A DNA stretch of 53,899 nt, the filler included, from Stramenopiles sp. TOSAG23-6 (taxonomy: Eukaryota): the NCBI GenBank assembly GCA_900128565.1. It is 3 parts of 3 records of this genome, joined end to end, with 100 filler letters (N's around TTAATTAATTAA, not from the genome) between each part and the next. Parts side by side here need not be neighbours in the genome. Positions count along the whole stretch, not along the records: positions 18,074 to 35,959 come from LT636071.1; 2 more parts are not named here. The stretch is one strand, 5' to 3'. Shown here one piece after another: positions 23,866 through 33,639 of this stretch. Position 1 is the stretch's first letter, and the number at the start of each line of letters is the position of its first letter. The notes under the pieces are model-generated. The model was given only the letters and a program-made list of their open reading frames with translations, had not been told where the DNA came from and made no database searches. Made by a program: the position numbers and the translations under genes.

Positions 23866-25938
23866 ATGCCTATGAATACTAAAACTCAAGGAGAAAGAAT
23901 AGAAAAGAAAAATTTTCTTCCACAGAAACGCATAGTTGTGATGGAACGTTCCTTCAAAGTAAATGTTAGCTCTGGTTTAAGTGATTCTATACATGAAGTT
24001 TCTAAAACAGAAAAAACAAAATTAGCAATTAAAGCTGCCCTAGCCAAACACTTTTTGTTTTGTCTATTGAATGAAGTGGCAATAGAGTCCATTATAGAAG
24101 TGCTGCAGCGAACGGTGATTGAACCAGGAACTCTGCTCACAAAACAAGGTGATAATGCAGATACATTCTATGTACTTGAGCGAGGGGAAGTATCAGTTGT
24201 AGGAAAAGGCAAACGATCTGTGAAGAAACAAGTGAAAGGCCCTGGAACATTTGGTGATAATGCTTTGTTTTATGAGTGTAAAAGCGTCAATACAGTCAAG
24301 TGTACTAAACAAGGTGTTTTATGGTCAATTTCGCGTACTTTATTACGTCAAGTCATAGCTTTATCTGCGGCCCAAGGCATTATTGGTCGCGTTGAATTTT
24401 TGAGGAATGTACCTTTACTTGGAGGACTTAATCAATTTCAATTGACGCGATTAGCTGAAGCATTCACTGAAGTTGGTTATGACAACAATGAAGACATTAT
24501 TGTGCAAGGCACAAAAGGATCCAAATTTTATGTTCTTACCAGTGGCGAAGTTACAGTGAGAAAGAGAAATCGCCCAGGTGCAGAATACGTTAAATTAGTA
24601 GATCTTCCAGAAGGAGCTTTTTTTGGAGAGCGATCTCTATTAGAAAATCAACCAAGAAATGCTACATGTACAAGCAAAGGTAAATCTGTTTGTCTAGTAC
24701 TTGATAGGACACAATTTAATAAATTATTAGGACCTCTAAAAAATATCATTGCAAAAACGACACAACAGAGAGAAAATGATACTTCAAATAAAATGGCAGT
24801 TGCTGAAGCAACTGGAGCCGCATTAAGAAGAAGTGAAGAAGATGAACAAAATAAACAAGATGAAAAGAGTGAAGCGAAGTCATCAAAAATGAATTTAGAA
24901 AAACAAAACAAAATAATAGTACCACACTTCAAACCAAATGACTTTAGTATAATCAAAGTAATTGGTGAAGGTGAATTGAGCTATACGACATTAGTTCGTC
25001 AGAAGCAATCAAACAAAGTTATGGTCGTAAAATCTTTCCAAAAATCAGAAGTTGCTTCAAAAAAACAATTTCCAAANATAATGCGTGAAAAAACANTTTT
25101 ATCAAAGATTGAAAGTCCATTTGTTGTTAGATTACTTGGTATAGGAGTCGATAAATATGCGCTTTATTTATACTTAGACTTTGTTCAATATGGTAACTTA
25201 TATGATTTATTATACAGTACCGTTCTACAAGACAGAGGACACGGAAATCAAAAAAACAATAATTTAATTCCAAGAACGAATTTAATGGGATTTCCAAATA
25301 ACTACGTACGTTGGTATATAGTTAATATTATATGCGCTTTACAAGCGGTTCATAAATTAGGATATATATATAGACACATTATACCGGAAAATTTTCTTCT
25401 TGATAATTTTGGTTACTTACGAATGACAAATTTTGTTTTTTGTCGTCGGCTTTCAGATGGTGAGAAATCTCAAACTTTATGCGGTTCAATTGAATACTTG
25501 GCACCTGAAATGTTGCTCAGTAAAGGACACGATTCGGCTGTTGACTTTTGGGCACTTGGTTGTCTCATGTACGAATTATTTGTCGGGAAAACACCATTCT
25601 TCGATACGAATCCATCAAATATATGTAAAAAAATTCTTCATTCCTCTGTGTCTGTCAATTTTCATCCGTCATTTCCAAAAAAGCCAAGAGATATCATTAA
25701 ACAGTTATTGCACCCAGTACCAAGTTTACGTATTGGTATGTCAAATAGAAGTTTAATTGAACACTATTGGTTTACAGGTGTAAATTGGGAAGGTATACAA
25801 GAGAGAAAATACCAAGCACCATTCTCACCAACACTACTAGAAAGTGAGAGTGATTGTAGTTACTTTCCAAAGATCGATCGAAAAGAAAATAATATTTTAT
25901 TTACAGGCAATGACAAAGTTTTTTCTAAATTTATTTAA
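23866..25938 (+). CDS. PKG/PKA-like protein: two cNMP-binding domains plus a degenerate AGC kinase domain (probable pseudokinase)
   Basis: FFGERSLLENQPRNATC cNMP cassette; TLCGSIEYLAPE and VDFWALG retained; catalytic loop YRHIIPEN and NFV in place of DFG. Confidence 0.85.
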   Translation: MPMNTKTQGERIEKKNFLPQKRIVVMERSFKVNVSSGLSDSIHEVSKTEKTKLAIKAALAKHFLFCLLNEVAIESIIEVLQRTVIEPGTLLTKQGDNADTFYVLERGEVSVVGKGKRSVKKQVKGPGTFGDNALFYECKSVNTVKCTKQGVLWSISRTLLRQVIALSAAQGIIGRVEFLRNVPLLGGLNQFQLTRLAEAFTEVGYDNNEDIIVQGTKGSKFYVLTSGEVTVRKRNRPGAEYVKLVDLPEGAFFGERSLLENQPRNATCTSKGKSVCLVLDRTQFNKLLGPLKNIIAKTTQQRENDTSNKMAVAEATGAALRRSEEDEQNKQDEKSEAKSSKMNLEKQNKIIVPHFKPNDFSIIKVIGEGELSYTTLVRQKQSNKVMVVKSFQKSEVASKKQFPXIMREKTXLSKIESPFVVRLLGIGVDKYALYLYLDFVQYGNLYDLLYSTVLQDRGHGNQKNNNLIPRTNLMGFPNNYVRWYIVNIICALQAVHKLGYIYRHIIPENFLLDNFGYLRMTNFVFCRRLSDGEKSQTLCGSIEYLAPEMLLSKGHDSAVDFWALGCLMYELFVGKTPFFDTNPSNICKKILHSSVSVNFHPSFPKKPRDIIKQLLHPVPSLRIGMSNRSLIEHYWFTGVNWEGIQERKYQAPFSPTLLESESDCSYFPKIDRKENNILFTGNDKVFSKFI

Positions 25939-25984
25939 CAAAATAAATATTATAAATAAATACATGTAGTTGGTACATATTTTT

Positions 25985-26197
25985 TCATTCTTTTGCCACA
26001 AAATGATGTTTAACATCATCAAGACGACTTGTTTCTAGGAATGCATACAACTGTTTACTTTCTAATTTTAACTGTTTTGATAAATGTTCATACTTCCGAA
26101 TCCACTTTCGTTGTCGGGACTTTTGCTCTTTGGCAGTAACAGCAGATTGGCGTGCGATAGCACGCTCTCCTGCACGGAGATCATGACTATATACCAT
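25985..26197 (-). CDS. Small hypothetical protein (70 aa); 3' end at the palindrome junction
   Basis: ATG-initiated ORF with charged helical composition; no recognised domain. Confidence 0.35.
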   Translation of the reverse strand: MVYSHDLRAGERAIARQSAVTAKEQKSRQRKWIRKYEHLSKQLKLESKQLYAFLETSRLDDVKHHFVAKE

Positions 26198-26383
26198 ACT
26201 TATTTAGATGGGATGAAGTAATTCAAATTCAGATTGCTGAGTAAAAATACACAAAGAGCATGTATATATATATTTTAAAATGAGTTTGAAAAAAAATTAC
26301 TATTTCCTAGTTCGAAAAATTCATTTTGAAATCTTCGCAACTTTGAAAAAGCACTTTGAAATATTATTCTTTTTTGAGTTATA

Positions 26384-26396
26384 AACCCTAACCCTA
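26384..26396 (+). promoter_or_regulatory. Telo-box-like AAACCCTAACCCTA in upstream intergenic region
   Basis: Two telomeric hexamers between divergently oriented ORFs; function inferred only. Confidence 0.3.
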
Positions 26397-26664
26397 GCTA
26401 GGCTTGCAGCGATGTTCCTCGTTCCTCTTGACTCGAGAGCTCGGAAAAAATAATTGCAAAATTGCGCACGATAGCAAAAAGAGAAATTTAAGTAATTATT
26501 TTACGCCCTTTAACTCTAAGCAGAGTGACAGATTTCGCAGAGCTTCCTTCGGAAAAGTTGGACTACACACCATTTGTATACTTTTTATCTTTGGGATTAT
26601 TTTTGTAAATATAGTGTAGCTTTTATTTTTGTAGAACCGACTTCTAGCTCCCATTACAAGTAAA

Positions 26665-28026
26665 ATGGGCACACAGGAGAACCCAAAGTCTGTAAAAACG
26701 CAAAGTGCACTAGATTTACTTTCGAATATGAATCTATGGATCACGTTTGGTCTTATGTGTGTAGTAGTTAGTGCTGGATTGGCTGCAATGGGTTTTCGTG
26801 GACGCGAGCACGTTGTTGGCATTGATCTTGGAACGACGTTTTCAGTTATTGCTGTTCGAAAACACGATACTGGTGAAGTCGCTGTAATTCCTGGTAATAA
26901 AGGAAAGTTAACAACTCCATCAGTTGTCTCATATATGCCAGATGGAAATGTTTTAGTTGGTCATGATGCTGTACCTCAACGAGCCATTCATCCTGAAAAT
27001 ACAATATTTAACGCCAAAAGATTTTTAGGTAGAAGCTATGAAGATTCCACTGTTCAAAGTGACGCAAAGTTACACCCATTTCAAGTTATTGCTGGCACTG
27101 GCACAGATGCAGAACAATGGGGTCGACAGAAACGATGGAAAAACTATCGTCAATTGGAAGGTGTAAGGGAAGTAAATTTTGCAGTCATGGTAAAAAAGGT
27201 TGTAAAAAAACTTATTCCTGAACAAATAGGTACGAAAATTATAACAAAATTACTTGGTGACGCAAGCACTTTTTTAGGTCATAATCAAATTTCAAGTGCT
27301 GTGATTGCAGTTCCTGCCGAATTTAATCAACGACAGAAAAAAGCCACAGCTCGTGCATTTGAAGCTGCTGGTTTGAATGTTGTTCGCATTGTGGAAGAGC
27401 CAACAGCTGCTGCTATAGCATATGGTTTAGATCGTGCCAAAGACATTCATAATGTTATTGTCTTTGATTTAGGTGGTGGAACGTTAGATGTATCTTTACT
27501 CTATGTAAATAATGGCTCTGTACAAGTAATAAATACTTCAGGAAATAATCATTTAGGTGGTGAAGACTTCGATCAAAATATGATACAATTAATTAGAACA
27601 AAAATTAAAAATGAGCAGCATAGTGAAGAAATAACTTCAATTCACAGCATCCCACGTTGTTTTAGTCCGGGGTTACACAAAGCAGCTGAAGAGGCAAAAC
27701 GAAAATTAAGTTTCACAACATATACTAATGTATTTTGCAAAAATGAAAATGGTAAAATAATAAAAGTAGTTATTAATCGAGATGAATTTGAAGATCTTTG
27801 TTCAGATCTGCTTCGATCTTCAACGGAACCAGTATCACGTGTTTTGAAGGAAAGTAATATATTAGTTGATGAAGTAGATTCTGTAGTAATGGTTGGTGGT
27901 GGTAGTAGAATGCCAATGATAAGAAATAAAATTCAAGAATATTTAGGAGGAGATGGAAGTAAAATGAACACACATATTGATCCTGATTTAGCTGTTGCTG
28001 TTGGTGCTGCTATGGTCGTTGATTAA
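26665..28026 (+). CDS. Hsp70 nucleotide-binding-domain-only protein with N-terminal membrane anchor (HSPA13/STCH-like)
   Basis: Motifs GIDLGTT, EPTAAAIAYG, VFDLGGGTLDVS, LGGEDFD, VGGGSRMP; ends right after IDPDLAVAVGAA with no substrate-binding domain. Confidence 0.85.
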   Translation: MGTQENPKSVKTQSALDLLSNMNLWITFGLMCVVVSAGLAAMGFRGREHVVGIDLGTTFSVIAVRKHDTGEVAVIPGNKGKLTTPSVVSYMPDGNVLVGHDAVPQRAIHPENTIFNAKRFLGRSYEDSTVQSDAKLHPFQVIAGTGTDAEQWGRQKRWKNYRQLEGVREVNFAVMVKKVVKKLIPEQIGTKIITKLLGDASTFLGHNQISSAVIAVPAEFNQRQKKATARAFEAAGLNVVRIVEEPTAAAIAYGLDRAKDIHNVIVFDLGGGTLDVSLLYVNNGSVQVINTSGNNHLGGEDFDQNMIQLIRTKIKNEQHSEEITSIHSIPRCFSPGLHKAAEEAKRKLSFTTYTNVFCKNENGKIIKVVINRDEFEDLCSDLLRSSTEPVSRVLKESNILVDEVDSVVMVGGGSRMPMIRNKIQEYLGGDGSKMNTHIDPDLAVAVGAAMVVD

Positions 28027-28094
28027 TTCTGTGGTTTCAAAAGAATGAAAAAATATGTACCAACTACATGTATTTATTTATAATATTTATTTTG

Positions 28095-30167
28095 TTAAAT
28101 AAATTTAGAAAAAACTTTGTCATTGCCTGTAAATAAAATATTATTTTCTTTTCGATCGATCTTTGGAAAGTAACTACAATCACTCTCACTTTCTAGTAGT
28201 GTTGGTGAGAATGGTGCTTGGTATTTTCTCTCTTGTATACCTTCCCAATTTACACCTGTAAACCAATAGTGTTCAATTAAACTTCTATTTGACATACCAA
28301 TACGTAAACTTGGTACTGGGTGCAATAACTGTTTAATGATATCTCTTGGCTTTTTTGGAAATGACGGATGAAAATTGACAGACACAGAGGAATGAAGAAT
28401 TTTTTTACATATATTTGATGGATTCGTATCGAAGAATGGTGTTTTCCCGACAAATAATTCGTACATGAGACAACCAAGTGCCCAAAAGTCAACAGCCGAA
28501 TCGTGTCCTTTACTGAGCAACATTTCAGGTGCCAAGTATTCAATTGAACCGCATAAAGTTTGAGATTTCTCACCATCTGAAAGCCGACGACAAAAAACAA
28601 AATTTGTCATTCGTAAGTAACCAAAATTATCAAGAAGAAAATTTTCCGGTATAATGTGTCTATATATATATCCTAATTTATGAACCGCTTGTAAAGCGCA
28701 TATAATATTAACTATATACCAACGTACGTAGTTATTTGGAAATCCCATTAAATTCGTTCTTGGAATTAAATTATTGTTTTTTTGATTTCCGTGTCCTCTG
28801 TCTTGTAGAACGGTACTGTATAATAAATCATATAAGTTACCATATTGAACAAAGTCTAAGTATAAATAAAGCGCATATTTATCGACTCCTATACCAAGTA
28901 ATCTAACAACAAATGGACTTTCAATCTTTGATAAAANTGTTTTTTCACGCATTATNTTTGGAAATTGTTTTTTTGAAGCAACTTCTGATTTTTGGAAAGA
29001 TTTTACGACCATAACTTTGTTTGATTGCTTCTGACGAACTAATGTCGTATAGCTCAATTCACCTTCACCAATTACTTTGATTATACTAAAGTCATTTGGT
29101 TTGAAGTGTGGTACTATTATTTTGTTTTGTTTTTCTAAATTCATTTTTGATGACTTCGCTTCACTCTTTTCATCTTGTTTATTTTGTTCATCTTCTTCAC
29201 TTCTTCTTAATGCGGCTCCAGTTGCTTCAGCAACTGCCATTTTATTTGAAGTATCATTTTCTCTCTGTTGTGTCGTTTTTGCAATGATATTTTTTAGAGG
29301 TCCTAATAATTTATTAAATTGTGTCCTATCAAGTACTAGACAAACAGATTTACCTTTGCTTGTACATGTAGCATTTCTTGGTTGATTTTCTAATAGAGAT
29401 CGCTCTCCAAAAAAAGCTCCTTCTGGAAGATCTACTAATTTAACGTATTCTGCACCTGGGCGATTTCTCTTTCTCACTGTAACTTCGCCACTGGTAAGAA
29501 CATAAAATTTGGATCCTTTTGTGCCTTGCACAATAATGTCTTCATTGTTGTCATAACCAACTTCAGTGAATGCTTCAGCTAATCGCGTCAATTGAAATTG
29601 ATTAAGTCCTCCAAGTAAAGGTACATTCCTCAAAAATTCAACGCGACCAATAATGCCTTGGGCCGCAGATAAAGCTATGACTTGACGTAATAAAGTACGC
29701 GAAATTGACCATAAAACACCTTGTTTAGTACACTTGACTGTATTGACGCTTTTACACTCATAAAACAAAGCATTATCACCAAATGTTCCAGGGCCTTTCA
29801 CTTGTTTCTTCACAGATCGTTTGCCTTTTCCTACAACTGATACTTCCCCTCGCTCAAGTACATAGAATGTATCTGCATTATCACCTTGTTTTGTGAGCAG
29901 AGTTCCTGGTTCAATCACCGTTCGCTGCAGCACTTCTATAATGGACTCTATTGCCACTTCATTCAATAGACAAAACAAAAAGTGTTTGGCTAGGGCAGCT
30001 TTAATTGCTAATTTTGTTTTTTCTGTTTTAGAAACTTCATGTATAGAATCACTTAAACCAGAGCTAACATTTACTTTGAAGGAACGTTCCATCACAACTA
30101 TGCGTTTCTGTGGAAGAAAATTTTTCTTTTCTATTCTTTCTCCTTGAGTTTTAGTATTCATAGGCAT
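28095..30167 (-). CDS. Mirror copy of cNMP pseudokinase
   Basis: Reverse complement of 23866-25938. Confidence 0.85.
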   Translation of the reverse strand: MPMNTKTQGERIEKKNFLPQKRIVVMERSFKVNVSSGLSDSIHEVSKTEKTKLAIKAALAKHFLFCLLNEVAIESIIEVLQRTVIEPGTLLTKQGDNADTFYVLERGEVSVVGKGKRSVKKQVKGPGTFGDNALFYECKSVNTVKCTKQGVLWSISRTLLRQVIALSAAQGIIGRVEFLRNVPLLGGLNQFQLTRLAEAFTEVGYDNNEDIIVQGTKGSKFYVLTSGEVTVRKRNRPGAEYVKLVDLPEGAFFGERSLLENQPRNATCTSKGKSVCLVLDRTQFNKLLGPLKNIIAKTTQQRENDTSNKMAVAEATGAALRRSEEDEQNKQDEKSEAKSSKMNLEKQNKIIVPHFKPNDFSIIKVIGEGELSYTTLVRQKQSNKVMVVKSFQKSEVASKKQFPXIMREKTXLSKIESPFVVRLLGIGVDKYALYLYLDFVQYGNLYDLLYSTVLQDRGHGNQKNNNLIPRTNLMGFPNNYVRWYIVNIICALQAVHKLGYIYRHIIPENFLLDNFGYLRMTNFVFCRRLSDGEKSQTLCGSIEYLAPEMLLSKGHDSAVDFWALGCLMYELFVGKTPFFDTNPSNICKKILHSSVSVNFHPSFPKKPRDIIKQLLHPVPSLRIGMSNRSLIEHYWFTGVNWEGIQERKYQAPFSPTLLESESDCSYFPKIDRKENNILFTGNDKVFSKFI

Positions 30168-30593
30168 TTTTCTTAGTCTCTTGATAGATTCTAAATTATT
30201 TCTGTGTCTATCAATGAATGCGCTATTGAACTATTATACTTTGGATTATATTATATATTTGCAAATTGCAAACTATTAGGATTTTGGTGTAAAAAGAATC
30301 CTCTGGTTTTGAAATAGATTCTATCAATCTAATTTTTATTATCTTTATTGTTATTAATTTTTATCAGCTAAACAAATCAAATAACGGATGACGTTTCATG
30401 AATTCCAAAAACACGAAATCTCCGGGGAAAAGGAAAAAAAAGACGTTTCATTTTGCTTTTTTTTTCCAAAATAAACAACATATCCGATCTAAATCTAATC
30501 TTTGTTGTAATTTTCTTGTGAACAAAAATTATAGACACCCTTCGAAAGACACAAATTTCCTTTAAAAACAAGAGTAGAAAAGAAATCAGTTCA

Positions 30594-33413
30594 ATGAGTG
30601 TCGAGTTATTTGTCGATGATGATTTCCCTCCAAGCGAGAGATCGATTGGCAAAGATGCGTTTGGCGAAGATGAAGACGGTGAACCTATAACACATGATAT
30701 AATATGGCTGCGACCCCACGAATTTGGTAAACCTGGTGAGATAACTGAGGATCCTTGCTTGTTTTTCCAGGGAACTGAGGCTGGAGACGTTATTCAAGGT
30801 GAACTAGGGGATTGTTATTTGTTGGGTTCGCTCTCTGTTGTTGCAATGCACCCTCAAGACATTATTGAACATTTATTTCTCGATGACGTTGACGTGTTTG
30901 AAGATACAGGGAAATGTACAATGCGATTCTATAAGAATGGCTCTTGGATATCTGTCATTATTGATACATTAATACCATGTAGCGTAACTACTCGATTGCC
31001 TATTTTTGCGCGAAATAAAGCACCAAATGAGCTATGGGTTGTTTTTTTGGAAAAAGCCTACGCAAAGCTACACGGTTCTTACGCAGCTTTAAATTCTGGT
31101 TCAGTTGCTGAAGCTTTAGTCGATCTATCAGGAGGTGTATCTCAAAAATTGCTTTTTACTGATCCTGCGACAATGGAAAATGCAAAAAATGGTGTTTTAT
31201 GGAAAAAAATGCTTCAGTATGTTGAACAAAATTATTTGCTCTGCACAAGTTATAACATAGCTGGTGCAGAGGTGGAAGAAGAAACTGAGGAATCTGAAGG
31301 TATTTTAGTAAATCATGCATACTCAATACTCTATGCAACTGAAGTGAAAGGTAAAAAATTTATTAAAATACGTAATCCTTGGGGTAAAGGTGAGTGGAAT
31401 GGTGAATGGAGTGACAAATCGAAAGATTGGGAAAAAAATCCTGAAATTGTTGAAGCATTGAAAAATGATGAAAATGCAGATTTCACACTAGAAGAGGACG
31501 GTACATTTTGGATGTTATGGAAAGATTATATTTCTATATATAACAAATTATATATTTGTCGAATCTTTGGGAAGGAGTATAATCAATATCTCGTCCATGG
31601 GAAATGGGAAGGTAAATCAGCTGCTGGTGCTCATATGGAGATTACAAATAGAGGGGAAGGAGAACCAGCACATTTACAGAGTAAATCACCCAAAGCATCA
31701 GATAAACCTAAAATGGGTGGTAAAGTATTTAATAAAACAAAGCGTAAGCCTGTGGGTGTTATTGCTCCTGCTACAAAGGGTAGATGTAAAGGTGGAGCAG
31801 GTTTATCATCTGACCAAGAAAAGAGGGCGGAAGAACATGTTGGTTGGCATCACCGAATGAATGGTGATCCTCAATGGTTTAATAATCCACAATATCGTCT
31901 TACTGTGAGTGATCGAGGTGTGTTTGATATTTTTATAAGTTTATCTCAACATGATCGAAGATTAGGTAGAAAAAAAAGAAAGGAATCAAAACAAAGTGAT
32001 AACCAACATAATGAAAATAATGGAAATCAACAAAATCATGAAAAAAGTGAATTTGGTGACATTTTGGCTGATAATATTTCCATTGACTTTACAGTCATCC
32101 GAAAACCTAAATCATGGTCAACAAGAGTATGGGAAGAAGACGTTGACGACATTGTCACAAAAGCAAGTAGTTCAAATTTTGCATCAAATTTTCCACAGCG
32201 CGAAGTTTCAAAAGGTTCAATTAAGGTAGATAATCGATATGCATACTTTATCATTCCGCATACAAATACTACAGGAATATGCTCAGAATATGTTTTACGA
32301 TTATTTACAAAATCTACAATTAAATTACAACCTATACTGGAGACATATACTCAAATATTTCGTTCTACATGGCAGCAAGGAGGAATGGTGGATACATCAG
32401 GTGGCCCTCTACTTACAAAAGAAGGTCGAAGTAATCGAACTTGGTGTCAAAACCCACAATATGCATTGTTTTTACCCTCATCAAGAAAGGAGGATTCTAC
32501 CACAGTAAAAGTTGTACTTAAAAGACTTGGACCTACAAAATTAAAAAAAGAAACTTTGGGGTTAGTTGTAGTGAAACCAACTGTTGATTTACCAAGCACT
32601 CGACGGAAACGTTTAAAACCTCCCAAAAAGGCTGTTCTTTTATCAACGGGACGTTTACCTCCAACACAGCCAAGTAACTTATCGATGGCACAGTTGCAAG
32701 ACAATTCAAACTCCACTGGAAATTTGCAAATTGATCGAAAATTACAAATTCAACCAGAAGAATGGGCCATTATTTCATATTTTAGTAATGTTGAGAATTC
32801 CTGTACTTTGTTGCGAGAATTATCCACACGATTTTGTGAACGAGGATTAATTGTCTCGCCAATGATGGATGCAGAAGTAGATGGAGATTTTCAATTGGAG
32901 TTTCACAGTGATTTGCCCATTAATGTACGTAAATTGGAAGAATCTAACATGCAAACCATTGGATCCTCATGGACTGAAAATACCGCTGGTGGTTGTCATA
33001 TTAATCCATCTCAGTGGAGAAAAAATCCAAAGTTTGTGCTACAGTTACATGGTGATGCAGGAGAAAAAGTTGATGTCAATATAAATTTATGTAGACCTGA
33101 AAATACGTGGGCGCGATTAACGAAAAGAGATCCGGTAAGCTGCATGATTGGTTTCTACATTTTACCGACTACGAGAAATGCTGTCGATAAAAATCTTGGT
33201 ATAAAATACTCAGAAGATGAAACATTTCAAACTAATTTTGTTCCAATGAGCCAAGTTGCTACACCACTTGGGTTTACAATGGAAATACTTGACCCAGATC
33301 AGTGTTATATTATTGTACCATGCTGCTATGGAACCGGTTGGGTTGGCGATTTTAGTTTATCAGTAGCTGCAGAGTGTGAGTTTTCATTTATGAAGTGGAA
33401 AAGTACTAGATAA
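30594..33413 (+). CDS. Mirror copy of calpain
   Basis: Reverse complement of 20620-23439. Confidence 0.9.
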   Translation: MSVELFVDDDFPPSERSIGKDAFGEDEDGEPITHDIIWLRPHEFGKPGEITEDPCLFFQGTEAGDVIQGELGDCYLLGSLSVVAMHPQDIIEHLFLDDVDVFEDTGKCTMRFYKNGSWISVIIDTLIPCSVTTRLPIFARNKAPNELWVVFLEKAYAKLHGSYAALNSGSVAEALVDLSGGVSQKLLFTDPATMENAKNGVLWKKMLQYVEQNYLLCTSYNIAGAEVEEETEESEGILVNHAYSILYATEVKGKKFIKIRNPWGKGEWNGEWSDKSKDWEKNPEIVEALKNDENADFTLEEDGTFWMLWKDYISIYNKLYICRIFGKEYNQYLVHGKWEGKSAAGAHMEITNRGEGEPAHLQSKSPKASDKPKMGGKVFNKTKRKPVGVIAPATKGRCKGGAGLSSDQEKRAEEHVGWHHRMNGDPQWFNNPQYRLTVSDRGVFDIFISLSQHDRRLGRKKRKESKQSDNQHNENNGNQQNHEKSEFGDILADNISIDFTVIRKPKSWSTRVWEEDVDDIVTKASSSNFASNFPQREVSKGSIKVDNRYAYFIIPHTNTTGICSEYVLRLFTKSTIKLQPILETYTQIFRSTWQQGGMVDTSGGPLLTKEGRSNRTWCQNPQYALFLPSSRKEDSTTVKVVLKRLGPTKLKKETLGLVVVKPTVDLPSTRRKRLKPPKKAVLLSTGRLPPTQPSNLSMAQLQDNSNSTGNLQIDRKLQIQPEEWAIISYFSNVENSCTLLRELSTRFCERGLIVSPMMDAEVDGDFQLEFHSDLPINVRKLEESNMQTIGSSWTENTAGGCHINPSQWRKNPKFVLQLHGDAGEKVDVNINLCRPENTWARLTKRDPVSCMIGFYILPTTRNAVDKNLGIKYSEDETFQTNFVPMSQVATPLGFTMEILDPDQCYIIVPCCYGTGWVGDFSLSVAAECEFSFMKWKSTR

Positions 33414-33639
33414 AAACAAATTAAATATTATTACTTTGAAATATTAATTATATTTTACATAAGTGTTCAATATTTGAATTGAAATGTTGTGTATTAATAT
33501 AATAATGTTGGAAAATGAAAAATAAGCATGAATTTCATAATGTTTCTTTCTATTGATGCATCCAAAAGTATAAGTATTACTTGACACTATAGATTTAAAA
33601 GTATAAGTATTACTTGACACTATAGATTTAAGGTTTTAT

